A stretch of 47,296 bases of DNA, taken from positions 1-47,296 of the forward strand of contig CAYIII010000003.1 of NCBI GenBank assembly GCA_964363475.1, given 5' to 3'. Positions 1 to 9,005 of this stretch are shown in pieces. Made by a program: the position numbers and the translations under genes. The notes beneath the pieces are model-generated. The model was not told the DNA's origin. It made no database searches and was given only the letters and a program-made list of their open reading frames with translations. The DNA comes from an uncultured Candidatus Saccharibacteria bacterium (GTDB taxonomy: Bacteria > Patescibacteriota > Minisyncoccia > UBA6257 > UBA11618). The stretch's first letter is position 1; the number at the start of each line of letters is the position of its first letter.

Positions 1-38
1 TATTGGGATTTGGTCATTGAGATTTGAGATTTTACAGG

Positions 39-1835
39 TTAATTCAATCTATGGTCATAATACCATTTCAAAACATCTTTCGCGATTGGAACCGCGTTTA
101 AACTTCCGCCCTTGGCGTCCTCCACTAAAATTAAAATCGCTATTTGCGGGTCGCTTACTGGTCCGTATCCCGTAAAAAAAGCGTTGGTTTTGGTATTGTT
201 GGCTATTTGAGCGCTACCGGTTTTGCCGGCTGTTTTATAAGGCAAATCATATAAAAAATTAGCCGTGCCGTATGATTTTGCCACAGCATCCCTCATGCCT
301 TGTTGGACTTCTTTTATTAAATCGCCCCAATCGGAATAATCAAATAAAACATCGGGCGATTCATTCAGCAGAAAATGGGGTTTCATCATTTTTCCATTAT
401 TGGCAATAGAGGCAATCATGCTTAAAAGGCGGATGGGGGTAATAATTAAATCCCCTTGGCCAATGCTAACGTTGTACGTGTCTCCGATGCGCCACGGCTG
501 TTTGGTTCTTTTTTCTTTTTCTTCGGGATTAGGCAAAAAACCAACCGCTTCATTTGGTAAATCAATATTAGTTTTTTTATCAAGTCCAAATTTTTTCCAG
601 TATTCATTTAATTTATTGATTCTTAAGCCCTTAATGTTTTTATACCCGCCTCCGATAACATAAAAATAAACGTTGCTGGAACGAGCCAGGGCAGAATGTA
701 AATTAACCAAACCATTCACTCTCCAATCCAAAAATCGGCTGGGATTTTCAGGGTCGTAAGGGTTTGGAATTTCCAAGTATCCGGGAGAATAAACTTCGAA
801 GTTTGTATCCATTATTTTCTCTTTTAATCCGGCTAAAGCCACCAACGGCTTTATAGTGGAGCCGGGGCTGTAAGTGCCTGAAACTGCCCTGTTAAAAAGT
901 GGCTGATTGGGAGCGCGCAGATATTTAACCGGATTGTTATTATCAAAACTGGGAAAGCTGACTAGCGCCAAAATCTCCCCCGTCTTGGGATTCATCGCTA
1001 TGCCAGTACCGGCATGACGCTCCAATTCTTGCAAGCTCTGCCGAAATCTTTCGTAAAAATATTTTTGAAATTCTAAATCCACGGTAATGAGCAGTTGAGA
1101 GCCGGGCTTATTCTCCCTTATAATTTTTTTCTGCAGAGCATTGCCCTTGGCATCGCGAGAAATAATATAGGCGCCGTCTTCGCCCCGAAGAGTGTCATTA
1201 TAAAAATCTTCCAGCCCTGTTTTTCCTTCAATATTTTTTGACCAATCAATAAGCCCCGTATATCCCAATATATGAGAAAGAACCAATGGCTCCACATAAT
1301 CTCTTTTATAGTCATCCTCAATTACCAGCGCGTCATTTCTCAATCCCTGCAAATCAATTGCCTGCTCTAAAGTAATATTACGAGCCAATAATATTTTAAC
1401 GCTTTCTTCTAAATCCGTATCTTTAATTATTTTCTTTAAATCATCTTCGGGAATTTCTAAAACAAGCGATAATTTTTTTAATAATTTATTTTGCTCTGAA
1501 CGGTTTTTAATAAACTCGGACTTATTAATACTAACGCTGAAACTTGGAATATTTTTAACCAATTGATTGCCGAAGCGGTCGCTGATAATCCCTCTATGAG
1601 CCGGAATGATAAATTCTTGATTGACGTTAATATAAGACCTTTTTTTATAAAAATCTCCAAAAAACCAGTTTAAGGCCAAAATTCTAAAAACCACCAGCAA
1701 TATTATCAGCGCACTAAAAACGATTACCAACCAAAAAACATTTGATACCAGGGGCCTTTCCAAGCGTTTTAAATCGCTGTCAGACCACTGGTCTAATATG
1801 GCGTCTTCAAAATTTAATTCTGGTTTTCTCGCCAT
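39..1835 (-). CDS. mrdA: Penicillin-binding protein 2 (class B transpeptidase)
   Basis: N-terminal TM anchor. Transpeptidase motifs are visible: S-T-I-K (SxxK) in GSTIKP, S-S-N in ARSSNVYF, K-T-G in AGKTGSA. Lies directly downstream of mreC/mreD. Confidence 0.85.
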   Translation of the reverse strand: MARKPELNFEDAILDQWSDSDLKRLERPLVSNVFWLVIVFSALIILLVVFRILALNWFFGDFYKKRSYINVNQEFIIPAHRGIISDRFGNQLVKNIPSFSVSINKSEFIKNRSEQNKLLKKLSLVLEIPEDDLKKIIKDTDLEESVKILLARNITLEQAIDLQGLRNDALVIEDDYKRDYVEPLVLSHILGYTGLIDWSKNIEGKTGLEDFYNDTLRGEDGAYIISRDAKGNALQKKIIRENKPGSQLLITVDLEFQKYFYERFRQSLQELERHAGTGIAMNPKTGEILALVSFPSFDNNNPVKYLRAPNQPLFNRAVSGTYSPGSTIKPLVALAGLKEKIMDTNFEVYSPGYLEIPNPYDPENPSRFLDWRVNGLVNLHSALARSSNVYFYVIGGGYKNIKGLRINKLNEYWKKFGLDKKTNIDLPNEAVGFLPNPEEKEKRTKQPWRIGDTYNVSIGQGDLIITPIRLLSMIASIANNGKMMKPHFLLNESPDVLFDYSDWGDLIKEVQQGMRDAVAKSYGTANFLYDLPYKTAGKTGSAQIANNTKTNAFFTGYGPVSDPQIAILILVEDAKGGSLNAVPIAKDVLKWYYDHRLN

Positions 1836-2271
1836 AAAATCTCGCTAAAATAAGATATAGTAACGCTCCAAATATCATATTGTATGTTAATTCTTTAAAG
1901 AAAATAATGAAATTGTTTTGTATAAAATGCCAATCCAACAATAAATAAAGAACCAGCGTTGACAGAAAAACAGAAAACAAATAATTCAATAATATTTGCC
2001 ACGGTAAAAACTTTTTTAAAAAATAAACTCCCAAAATCACCAGAATAAATACAATAACATTCCAATCCCATCCGGCTTCCACCTTCAACAGAATAGAAAC
2101 TAAAATTATCAGACACGAATACTCCATCCAATTACGAACTATAAAGGCGAGGGCCAAAAGCAATATCAGCGCCAAATTAATTTTTATGCCGCCCAGAGAT
2201 AAAAAATTGGTATTTTGCAGTAAAGCAAATAAAACCGCCAAAAAAATTTGAGAAGCTAATCTGCGGTCCAT
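1807..2271 (-). CDS. mreD: Rod shape-determining protein MreD-like polytopic membrane protein
   Basis: 154 aa, almost entirely hydrophobic helices. Sits between mreC and PBP2 with overlapping ends. Assignment rests on position and size, not on motifs. Confidence 0.55.
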   Translation of the reverse strand: MDRRLASQIFLAVLFALLQNTNFLSLGGIKINLALILLLALAFIVRNWMEYSCLIILVSILLKVEAGWDWNVIVFILVILGVYFLKKFLPWQILLNYLFSVFLSTLVLYLLLDWHFIQNNFIIFFKELTYNMIFGALLYLILARFYGEKTRIKF

Positions 2272-2939
2272 AGTAAAACAGACAATTCGGTAAGATTGTC
2301 AAAATCATAATCTAAATCAATATTGGCTTCCTGGAAAACTCCCGTGTCGGAATTATTCTGAACATCGGTTACTGCGCCGATGTTTAATCCGTAAGGCAAG
2401 TCCTGCGATGCCGCAAAAATCGGCTGATTTTCAAAAATGGGCTTGTCATTTACAATCATTGTTAATTTTAAATTGGGCCCGCCGACTAAAAGAGCGGGAA
2501 TTTTCTTTTCCCCGATTCTTACCGGTATTTGCCAGTCCGGACTAAAAATCGTCTTTACTAAGCTATAATTTTTGAAAACCTTGCTGATTTGCCCCACCAG
2601 AGTATATCCCTCCAAAGTTACCGGCATTAATTCTTTTATGCCCTGATTCTCTCCCACATTAATGCTTAATAAATTTTTATTGTTAAAGGGGTAAGAAGAA
2701 AAAACTTGTCCGATTACCGCATCTGATTTAAGAGGAATAACTTTATTATTTAATTCTAAAATTTGAGCTTTAAGGGCTTGATTTTCTGACTTCAAAGCAT
2801 TTAGTTCGTCGTTAAAAAAATTGCCCGATAAAAAAATATTCACCGACCTGACGATTTTATTTTTCCAACTGATATTGCCGAAAATAAAAAATAATATCAG
2901 AAAAAATAAAATACCAAAAAAAATATAACGGCGATTCAT
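2256..2939 (-). CDS. mreC: Rod shape-determining protein MreC
   Basis: N-terminal TM segment, coiled-coil (NALKSENQALKAQILELNNK), then a beta-rich domain of MreC type (GxxVxG, LVGG segments). mreD and PBP2 lie downstream. Confidence 0.8.
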   Translation of the reverse strand: MNRRYIFFGILFFLILFFIFGNISWKNKIVRSVNIFLSGNFFNDELNALKSENQALKAQILELNNKVIPLKSDAVIGQVFSSYPFNNKNLLSINVGENQGIKELMPVTLEGYTLVGQISKVFKNYSLVKTIFSPDWQIPVRIGEKKIPALLVGGPNLKLTMIVNDKPIFENQPIFAASQDLPYGLNIGAVTDVQNNSDTGVFQEANIDLDYDFDNLTELSVLLWTAD

Positions 2940-3025
2940 TACTGATATTTTTCCTTATATAAATTTTAAAAGCAAGCAAAAAACAACCAATATCAGACAT
3001 TTCAAAAACCTCTTGTCATTAGGTT

Positions 3026-3034
3026 TGCTATAAT
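3026..3034 (+). promoter_or_regulatory. Extended -10 element (TGcTATAAT) about 6 nt upstream of the GTG start at 3041
   Basis: tgctataat read directly in the sequence. No good -35 at proper spacing. Would give a leaderless or near-leaderless transcript. Confidence 0.35.
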
Positions 3035-3040
3035 TAGTTA

Positions 3041-4399
3041 GTGAAACAATCCCCAAGATTATTGCTTCTTCTATTAATGGCGCTATCATTTGGCTTTTTA
3101 ATTGCATCTGTCTTTACAAGACCATCGGTAAATAAATCGGAATATTCTTTCGCCCCCCTTTTATCGCAACTAACTACCGGGGACACTAAGCGGTTGCCTT
3201 TATGGATTCAAACAGGAGTTAATTGCAATGATGATCCCGAAACGGCCGAAACAATAATTGACGTCATGAGATTTTGGAACTCAACAAAAAATTGGCCTAA
3301 ATTAAATCGCCTAACTTTAGAAAAATATACGAGAAGCGAAGGAAAATATCTAGAAGAAAGCCCCGAGTATTATATGGCTGCTTCTTTAACGCATTATCTC
3401 CTAACTATAAAAGACGAAGAAACTTTAAGAAATTTTGGATTGGATATTAAGAATAGCACGAAGGGATGGGATAGGGCCCTAAAAAAACACTACGACATAA
3501 CAGACATGCGACAACTACAAGAAAACTGGCAAAATTTCGTTGCTGAAGATTTGAGGTTCAAATTAATCAGAATCATTGTTAATACCAAAACTGATATACA
3601 AGATCAGCAAGAACGATATGTATCACGAGAAGAGACGAGAAAATTATTTAACAAATTAACATTGGATTTAGATGAGAACACAGGCGCAAACATTTCTTAT
3701 AATAGTAATTTTATTATTTCGGTGAAGGGTACACAAGAACTTAGCGACGAGTTGCTACGCGCAGCGGAATATTGGCGTGAGAAAGTCGCGCAAGACGTAT
3801 TTGGGGAACAATTGGCAAAAATGGGGCTAGAGAAATTTCCTCCCGGCATTGGCCAGTGCATTGTTCATGTAGATTTTCTTGGCAACGAAAATCTTGGCCT
3901 TACAATATCTTTAGATATAAATAGTGAGGAGAGGACTAGACATAAAATGTGGATATCTTGCGGTAAAAAACCTGCCGTAGCAGACAGCACGCTAGCACAT
4001 GAAATGGTTCATGCTCTACTTAACACTTTATATCCTGGCAGAGTGCCTTCGTGGGCAGAAGAGGGTATTGCCAGCCATTATGATGACCCCTCAAGACAGC
4101 AAACTAGAAACCAAATAGCAAAAGATTGGATAGATAACAGAAATTGGCCTCAACTAAAACGGATTTTGGATAATAAAGAAAATATAATTGCTAGCGATGC
4201 ATACGCATACATTATGGCTATTTATCTAAATGATTATCTTTTGACTAAAGACGATATGGAAACTTTTTTAAATTTCTCAATAGAAGGAAAGAAAATCGGG
4301 TGGGATAAAGCGCTTAAAAAATATTATGAGATAAAAAACACGGACGAGTTGCAACAAAAATGGCAAAGATACATGCTCAACCTCGAACTCAAACCTTAA
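3041..4399 (+). CDS. Secreted peptidase-MA-like zinc metalloprotease (HExxH) with an internally duplicated helical module
   Basis: Signal-peptide-like N-terminus (MKQSPRLLLLLLMALSFGFLIAS). HEMVH followed by SWAEEGIASHY (HExxH...EG, peptidase MA-type pattern). The segment NWPKLNRL...GWDRALKKHYDI...LQENWQNF recurs as NWPQLKRI...GWDKALKKYYEI...LQQKWQRY. Confidence 0.6.
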   Translation: MKQSPRLLLLLLMALSFGFLIASVFTRPSVNKSEYSFAPLLSQLTTGDTKRLPLWIQTGVNCNDDPETAETIIDVMRFWNSTKNWPKLNRLTLEKYTRSEGKYLEESPEYYMAASLTHYLLTIKDEETLRNFGLDIKNSTKGWDRALKKHYDITDMRQLQENWQNFVAEDLRFKLIRIIVNTKTDIQDQQERYVSREETRKLFNKLTLDLDENTGANISYNSNFIISVKGTQELSDELLRAAEYWREKVAQDVFGEQLAKMGLEKFPPGIGQCIVHVDFLGNENLGLTISLDINSEERTRHKMWISCGKKPAVADSTLAHEMVHALLNTLYPGRVPSWAEEGIASHYDDPSRQQTRNQIAKDWIDNRNWPQLKRILDNKENIIASDAYAYIMAIYLNDYLLTKDDMETFLNFSIEGKKIGWDKALKKYYEIKNTDELQQKWQRYMLNLELKP

Positions 4400-5438
4400 T
4401 ATCTCTTGGAATCATTGGATAATTTAGAATAGCGGAATACTGGCCAAAATTTTCTACTACCACGCCCGCGCCACGCGCCACGCATGTCAAGGGGTCGTCA
4501 ACTAATGTGGTTTGAATTGATAATTCTTTGGCAATCAGCTGGTCAAGACCGCGCAACAAACTGCTACCGCCGCAAATAAATATGCCACGCCTCAAAATAT
4601 CCCCCGTAAGCTCCGGCGGCGCCGTTTCTATAACCTCTCTCACCGCCTCAACTATGGTTTTAATGGAACGAATAATAGCCGCTCTTATTTGAAAATCCTT
4701 AACCATTGCCTCCCTCGGCAAACCGACGGTTAAATCGCGGCCGCGAATCGTCATTTCAAGTTTTTCATCAAGCTGTATAGCCGACCCAATGTTAATCTTT
4801 AAATCTTCGGCGGTTGGCTCTCCTATAACTAAACGAAATTCGTCGCGAATAAACCTAATAATGTCTTCGGTTAATTTATCTCCAGCAATTTTTAAACTTT
4901 TTGACGTCACAGTTCCTCCCATAGAAATTATGGCGATTTCGGTAGTTCCCCCGCCGATATCCACAATCATATTTGCCGTTGGTTCGTGAATGGGCAAACG
5001 AGCTCCAATCGCCGCCGCCAAGGGCTCTTCAATAAGATAGGCCTTGTTCACGCCCGCGCCAATCACCGCGTCTTCAACCGACTTTCTCTCAACCTCTGTC
5101 AAGTTGCTTGGGATGCCAACCACAGCTCTTTGATAATTAAAAGCAAGAGGACCGGTTTTTATTCTCTTTAAAAAATTTCTTAGAACTTCTTGAGTCATAT
5201 CAAAGTCCGATATGACTCCGTTAATTAGCGGCCTAATTACGTGAATATGGCTAGGAGTCCTCCCCAACATTTTTCTGGCCTCGTTGCCAATGGCCAAAAC
5301 ATGGCCAGTTTTATTGTTGACGGCAATAATGGAGGGCTCGTTAACTACAATCCCCCTGCCCGCCAGATAAATAAGAGTGTTAGCCGTACCCAAATCAATT
5401 CCTATATCTTTAGCGAAATAATTTAAGCGCATCGTCAA
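4389..5438 (-). CDS. mreB: Rod shape-determining actin homologue MreB (copy 1)
   Basis: IGIDLGTANT phosphate-1 motif, DIGGGTTE phosphate-2, GGSSLLRGL adenosine motif. Full-length alignment-like similarity to MreB. Confidence 0.9.
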   Translation of the reverse strand: MTMRLNYFAKDIGIDLGTANTLIYLAGRGIVVNEPSIIAVNNKTGHVLAIGNEARKMLGRTPSHIHVIRPLINGVISDFDMTQEVLRNFLKRIKTGPLAFNYQRAVVGIPSNLTEVERKSVEDAVIGAGVNKAYLIEEPLAAAIGARLPIHEPTANMIVDIGGGTTEIAIISMGGTVTSKSLKIAGDKLTEDIIRFIRDEFRLVIGEPTAEDLKINIGSAIQLDEKLEMTIRGRDLTVGLPREAMVKDFQIRAAIIRSIKTIVEAVREVIETAPPELTGDILRRGIFICGGSSLLRGLDQLIAKELSIQTTLVDDPLTCVARGAGVVVENFGQYSAILNYPMIPRDIKV

Positions 5439-6627
5439 GAGAAATCAGTTGGGATTCTTTTTTATTTCTTTTTTTCATTTCTATCTTGTCTCCGGTCTTC
5501 TCGCTCACCACCATCCTCCAAGGAATGCCCAGTAAATCCGCGTCCACTAATTTTTCACCAGCCGATATTCTTCTGTCATCATATAGTACTTCAATATTTT
5601 GTTTTTGTAAATCTTTATAAGTTTTTTCCGCCAACCCCTCTCCGATTTCAACTAAATGAACCTGAAACGGGGCAACGGAGTCCGGCCAGATTATGCCCTT
5701 TTCATCGTGATGGGTCTCAATAATAGTTCCCATCGCCCTGCTTAATCCTATCCCATAAGAACCCATTATCACCGGAGTTCTCAAATTAAATGATTGGGAG
5801 TATTTATTTCCCAGAGGAAAAATATTGCCCACTTCAATAGCATTTTCTGTTTTTATTTTTCCTTCGCATTTAGGACATAAATCCCCATCGTTTAATTTGC
5901 TGATTTCCTTATTCTCCGCATATCCGCAACCGGAACAAACAGCGATAATGTCCTCGCCGACAGATGAAACAACCTGGAATTCGTGGGTATGAGTCGCGGT
6001 AAAATCACCGCCTCCCGCCAATACATACAAAGCATTCAAGTCCAGACGCCTGAAAATTTTTTCATAGGCCTCTTTAACTTTTTGATAATAACTTTCAAAG
6101 TCCTCTTGCGTGGCGTGAAAGCTATATAAATCTTTCATAATAAATTCCTTGCCCCTTAAAAGCCCCGATTTTACTCTGGCCTCATTTCTAAATTTGGTCT
6201 GAATTTGATAGGCCGCAAACGGCAAGTCTTTGGGAGAATTAATAAAGTGAGAAACTATTTCGGTAATGACCTCTTCGTGAGTCCAGCCGAGCGCAAATTT
6301 AAATTTGCGCTCGTCCTGAGCTTGTCGAAGGACCTCATCGTCACAAACCTTAAAAGCTATCCCCACATTCCAGCGTCCGGTCGTTTCCCAATATTTTTTT
6401 TCCACTAAAGCAGGCATAAACATTTCTTGAGCCCCGATCGCGTTCATTTCTTCTTTTACAATCGCCGCTATTTTTTGCAGAACCCTCCATCCTAACGGCA
6501 AAAAAGAGTAGACGCCCGCAGAATTTTTATAAACAAAACCGCCGCGCTCTAATAATTGAGCGTTAACGCTTACCGCGTCTTTAGGGGACTCTCTGATAGT
6601 CTTAGTAAATAATTGGGATTGTTTCAT
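5410..6627 (-). CDS. proS: Prolyl-tRNA synthetase, short form without INS editing domain
   Basis: N-terminus MKQSQLFTKTIRESPKD...LLERGGFV is typical of ProRS. Class II motif 2 (FRNEARVKSGLLRGKEFIMKDLYSF) and motif 3 (GSYGIGLSRAMG). Only about 110 aa lie between the motifs, including CSGC...CPKC. Confidence 0.9.
   Translation of the reverse strand: MKQSQLFTKTIRESPKDAVSVNAQLLERGGFVYKNSAGVYSFLPLGWRVLQKIAAIVKEEMNAIGAQEMFMPALVEKKYWETTGRWNVGIAFKVCDDEVLRQAQDERKFKFALGWTHEEVITEIVSHFINSPKDLPFAAYQIQTKFRNEARVKSGLLRGKEFIMKDLYSFHATQEDFESYYQKVKEAYEKIFRRLDLNALYVLAGGGDFTATHTHEFQVVSSVGEDIIAVCSGCGYAENKEISKLNDGDLCPKCEGKIKTENAIEVGNIFPLGNKYSQSFNLRTPVIMGSYGIGLSRAMGTIIETHHDEKGIIWPDSVAPFQVHLVEIGEGLAEKTYKDLQKQNIEVLYDDRRISAGEKLVDADLLGIPWRMVVSEKTGDKIEMKKRNKKESQLISLDDALKLFR
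6288..6313. repeat. 26-bp perfect palindrome CGAGCGCAAATTT/AAATTTGCGCTCG inside proS, adjoining a GC-rich segment (to about 6336)
   Basis: Read directly from the sequence. Reverse complement of the left half equals the right half. On the coding strand it encodes ERKFKFAL in frame. Confidence 0.85.
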
Positions 6628-6650
6628 ATATGTTTATATACACTTATATA

Positions 6651-7658
6651 TTATAGTAAAGCGTTTATATCCTTAAAAGTCACTAAAATAATAAGAATTA
6701 TTAAAAATATAAAACTAATGGCATTGGCTCTTATTTCTATCTTTTTAGAAAAAGGTTTGCCACGCAATTTTTCAATTACTATGAATAATAATCTCCCGCC
6801 GTCAAGAACCGGTATCGGTAGAATATTTAAAACCGCCAAATTAATGGAAATTAATCCTAAAAGTTGCAAAACATAAATAAGGCCGACTTTCCCCGTATTA
6901 ACGGCAATGTTAAATATGCCAACCGGACCAACCACATTTTGCGGCGATAAAAATAATTGGTAAATTCCCAAAACAACGCTTACCGCTATTTTCCAAGACA
7001 TTATCCAGCCGTTATATAATCCTGAAAAAAAACCCTGGCGTGGCAATCCTCCGCCATGTAAAGCAATTCCCAAAGCACCCTCACCCACGGGAACCTCTGT
7101 TCTGGGAGTAACTTTAATGTCTAAATTATTCCCGTCCCTATTAATATTCAAAACCACCTCATTGCCTCTGTTATCATTAATAAATTTCACCAATTCGGCA
7201 ACTTCTTGCCAATCGTTTATTAAGTCCCCCGCCCGCAAACCGGCCAACTCCGCAGAACTGTTTTTAGAAACCGAGTCAATAAATATTAAGGGCGGCATGC
7301 CTATCCAAAAAACCGCCGATACTATTATCCAACCGACTAAAAAATTCATTACAACGCCGGCGATAATCACAATGACTTTTTTCCACGGTTTTTGGCAAAA
7401 GAAAGAACGGCTGTCAAATTCCCCATTGGCATCCGCCGGCAAATCCATTTCACCACGCAACTTTACGAACCCGCCGAAAGGCAACCAATTAAAGCTGTAA
7501 ATTGTTTCGCCGATTTTCTTTTTTAAAATCCGCGGAGGAAAGCCGAAGCCAAACTCCTCCACCCAAACACCAAAGTATTTAGCGGCCCAAAAGTGCCCCA
7601 ATTCATGAATAATTATAAGAAAAAAAAGGCCGAAGAAAACTATTAAAGCGCTAATCAT
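6651..7658 (-). CDS. rseP: Site-2 protease, M50 family zinc metalloprotease (RseP-like) with PDZ domain
   Basis: HELGH in the first TM helix. PDZ-like segment (SSAELAGLRAGDLI). C-terminal LNILPIPVLDGG motif. Confidence 0.85.
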   Translation of the reverse strand: MISALIVFFGLFFLIIIHELGHFWAAKYFGVWVEEFGFGFPPRILKKKIGETIYSFNWLPFGGFVKLRGEMDLPADANGEFDSRSFFCQKPWKKVIVIIAGVVMNFLVGWIIVSAVFWIGMPPLIFIDSVSKNSSAELAGLRAGDLINDWQEVAELVKFINDNRGNEVVLNINRDGNNLDIKVTPRTEVPVGEGALGIALHGGGLPRQGFFSGLYNGWIMSWKIAVSVVLGIYQLFLSPQNVVGPVGIFNIAVNTGKVGLIYVLQLLGLISINLAVLNILPIPVLDGGRLLFIVIEKLRGKPFSKKIEIRANAISFIFLIILIILVTFKDINALL

Positions 7659-8193
7659 TAATCTCCTTAACTTTATTTTCCATCAAATCCTCAATGCTCT
7701 TATTGGTTTTATCAACTGATTCCTGAATTTTTTTTTGCAAAAAATGTCTCAAGTCCTCATCAACGCTAGTTTTTACTTTTTTATTAACTTCATCTCTTAA
7801 TAAACGGATGCTAACTTTTTCTTTTTCCGCCATCCCCTTGGTAATTTTAATGAATTCCTTTCTTCTTTCATCGGTTAAGGGCGGGAGATTAATTCTAATT
7901 AAACTGCCATTGACGGCGATATTCAATCCCAAATGAACTCCTTCAATCGCTTTAGCCACCGCCGAAACCGCATTTTTATCCCAAACGCTTAAAACAATTT
8001 CTCTGGGAGGAACAATGGACAAAGAGCAAAGCTGTTTGACGGTAAGCCGCTGTTCAAAATAATCAACTTTAATATCTTCAACCAACTTGGTAGTGGGACG
8101 ATTGGTGCGAATACCAGATAATTCATCCTTGAACCTGCTTACGATGCCGTTTAATTTTTGCTCCAATTGCTTTAATTCTTTTTCTTGCTCCAT
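7651..8193 (-). CDS. frr: Ribosome recycling factor
   Basis: 180 aa. ELSGIRTNRPTTKLVEDIKVDYF and LPPLTDERRKE motifs are typical of RRF. Confidence 0.9.
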   Translation of the reverse strand: MEQEKELKQLEQKLNGIVSRFKDELSGIRTNRPTTKLVEDIKVDYFEQRLTVKQLCSLSIVPPREIVLSVWDKNAVSAVAKAIEGVHLGLNIAVNGSLIRINLPPLTDERRKEFIKITKGMAEKEKVSIRLLRDEVNKKVKTSVDEDLRHFLQKKIQESVDKTNKSIEDLMENKVKEIND

Positions 8194-8291
8194 AATTTTT
8201 AATTTTTATTTTATTTTTAATCTTTTAATTTATTTGATAGCGCACGCCAGTGGCAGGAAGTATACCAGAATACCGCCAAAAATTAAAATTG

Positions 8292-9002
8292 TTATGATTG
8301 GTACGATCTTATCCATGCTTCAAGCTGTAATTTTTTATTAGTATTATATTTATTGATATTAACCCAACGATATATCAGTTCTTTTAAGGAATGGAAATTT
8401 TTTATGGGGTCTTTGTCTAATTCGGAGAAAACGGCCGTTATAAAATCGCTTAGAATATCATCCTCAATAACTTTTTTTATTATGTTAATTTTCTCTCTTT
8501 CCGAACCCTTCAAAAAATTTTTCACCCCAATTAGTAAACTACTTTCAATTTTACCATTGGCCGGGGAAGAAGCAATATAAACTTTTTGAAAACGAGACAA
8601 CAGTGTCGGAATTAAACTGTTTTGATTTTTGGTAATCAAAATAATTAAACCGGACGGAGGTGGCTCTTCAATGATTTTTAAAAGAGCGTTTTGCCCTATC
8701 GCGGTCAGCCGGTCGGCGTTTTTTATAATTAAAGTTTTCCGCGAAGAAATAAAGGGTTTTTGCCACAAAAAACTTTTTATATTTCTTACTTCGTCAATTC
8801 CAATGGACTCTTCTTTTCCAAATTTAATTAACAAACAATCAATTAACGGTTTTATGGGGATGCGCCAGTCGTTATTCTCTAAAAAATTAGCCAAACACAA
8901 AACAAAATCTAATTGCCGGTCAATGTCATTGCCAAAAAAAATATAACCGTGAAAGATATTATTGTCGCCGGCTAATTTTTTGTAAGCGGATTTTAAATCC
9001 AT
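8292..9002 (-). CDS. holB: DNA polymerase III delta-prime-like clamp-loader subunit (short, degenerate Walker A)
   Basis: NALLKIIEEPPPSGLIILIT and TLLSRFQ (sensor) motifs. No GxxGxGK P-loop at the N-terminus. 236 aa. Confidence 0.6.
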   Translation of the reverse strand: MDLKSAYKKLAGDNNIFHGYIFFGNDIDRQLDFVLCLANFLENNDWRIPIKPLIDCLLIKFGKEESIGIDEVRNIKSFLWQKPFISSRKTLIIKNADRLTAIGQNALLKIIEEPPPSGLIILITKNQNSLIPTLLSRFQKVYIASSPANGKIESSLLIGVKNFLKGSEREKINIIKKVIEDDILSDFITAVFSELDKDPIKNFHSLKELIYRWVNINKYNTNKKLQLEAWIRSYQS

Positions 9003-9005
9003 AAA

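Noticed and set aside
400-663. Antisense shadow ORFs in the track. Examples: 400-663, 1118-1321, 4789-5426, 7117-7500, 8353-8946, 13172-13507, 19363-19755, 20019-20711, 22870-23523, 36165-36401, 37508-38035.
   Set aside because: Each lies wholly inside a strongly supported gene on the opposite strand or in another frame. They have low-complexity or hydrophobic junk composition and no recognisable motifs, as expected for random ORFs in AT-rich DNA.
5410-5438. 29-nt overlap of the mreB start with the proS end, possibly a mis-assembly or frameshift.
   Set aside because: Both proteins are full length with native-looking termini. Short same-strand overlaps are common throughout this window.
8230-8316. 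28-aa hydrophobic small ORF (MDKIVPIITILIFGGILVYFLPLACAIK) between holB and frr, overlapping the holB 3' end out of frame.
   Set aside because: Plausible as a small membrane peptide, but there is no SD, no conservation evidence and it is very short. Cannot be supported from sequence alone.
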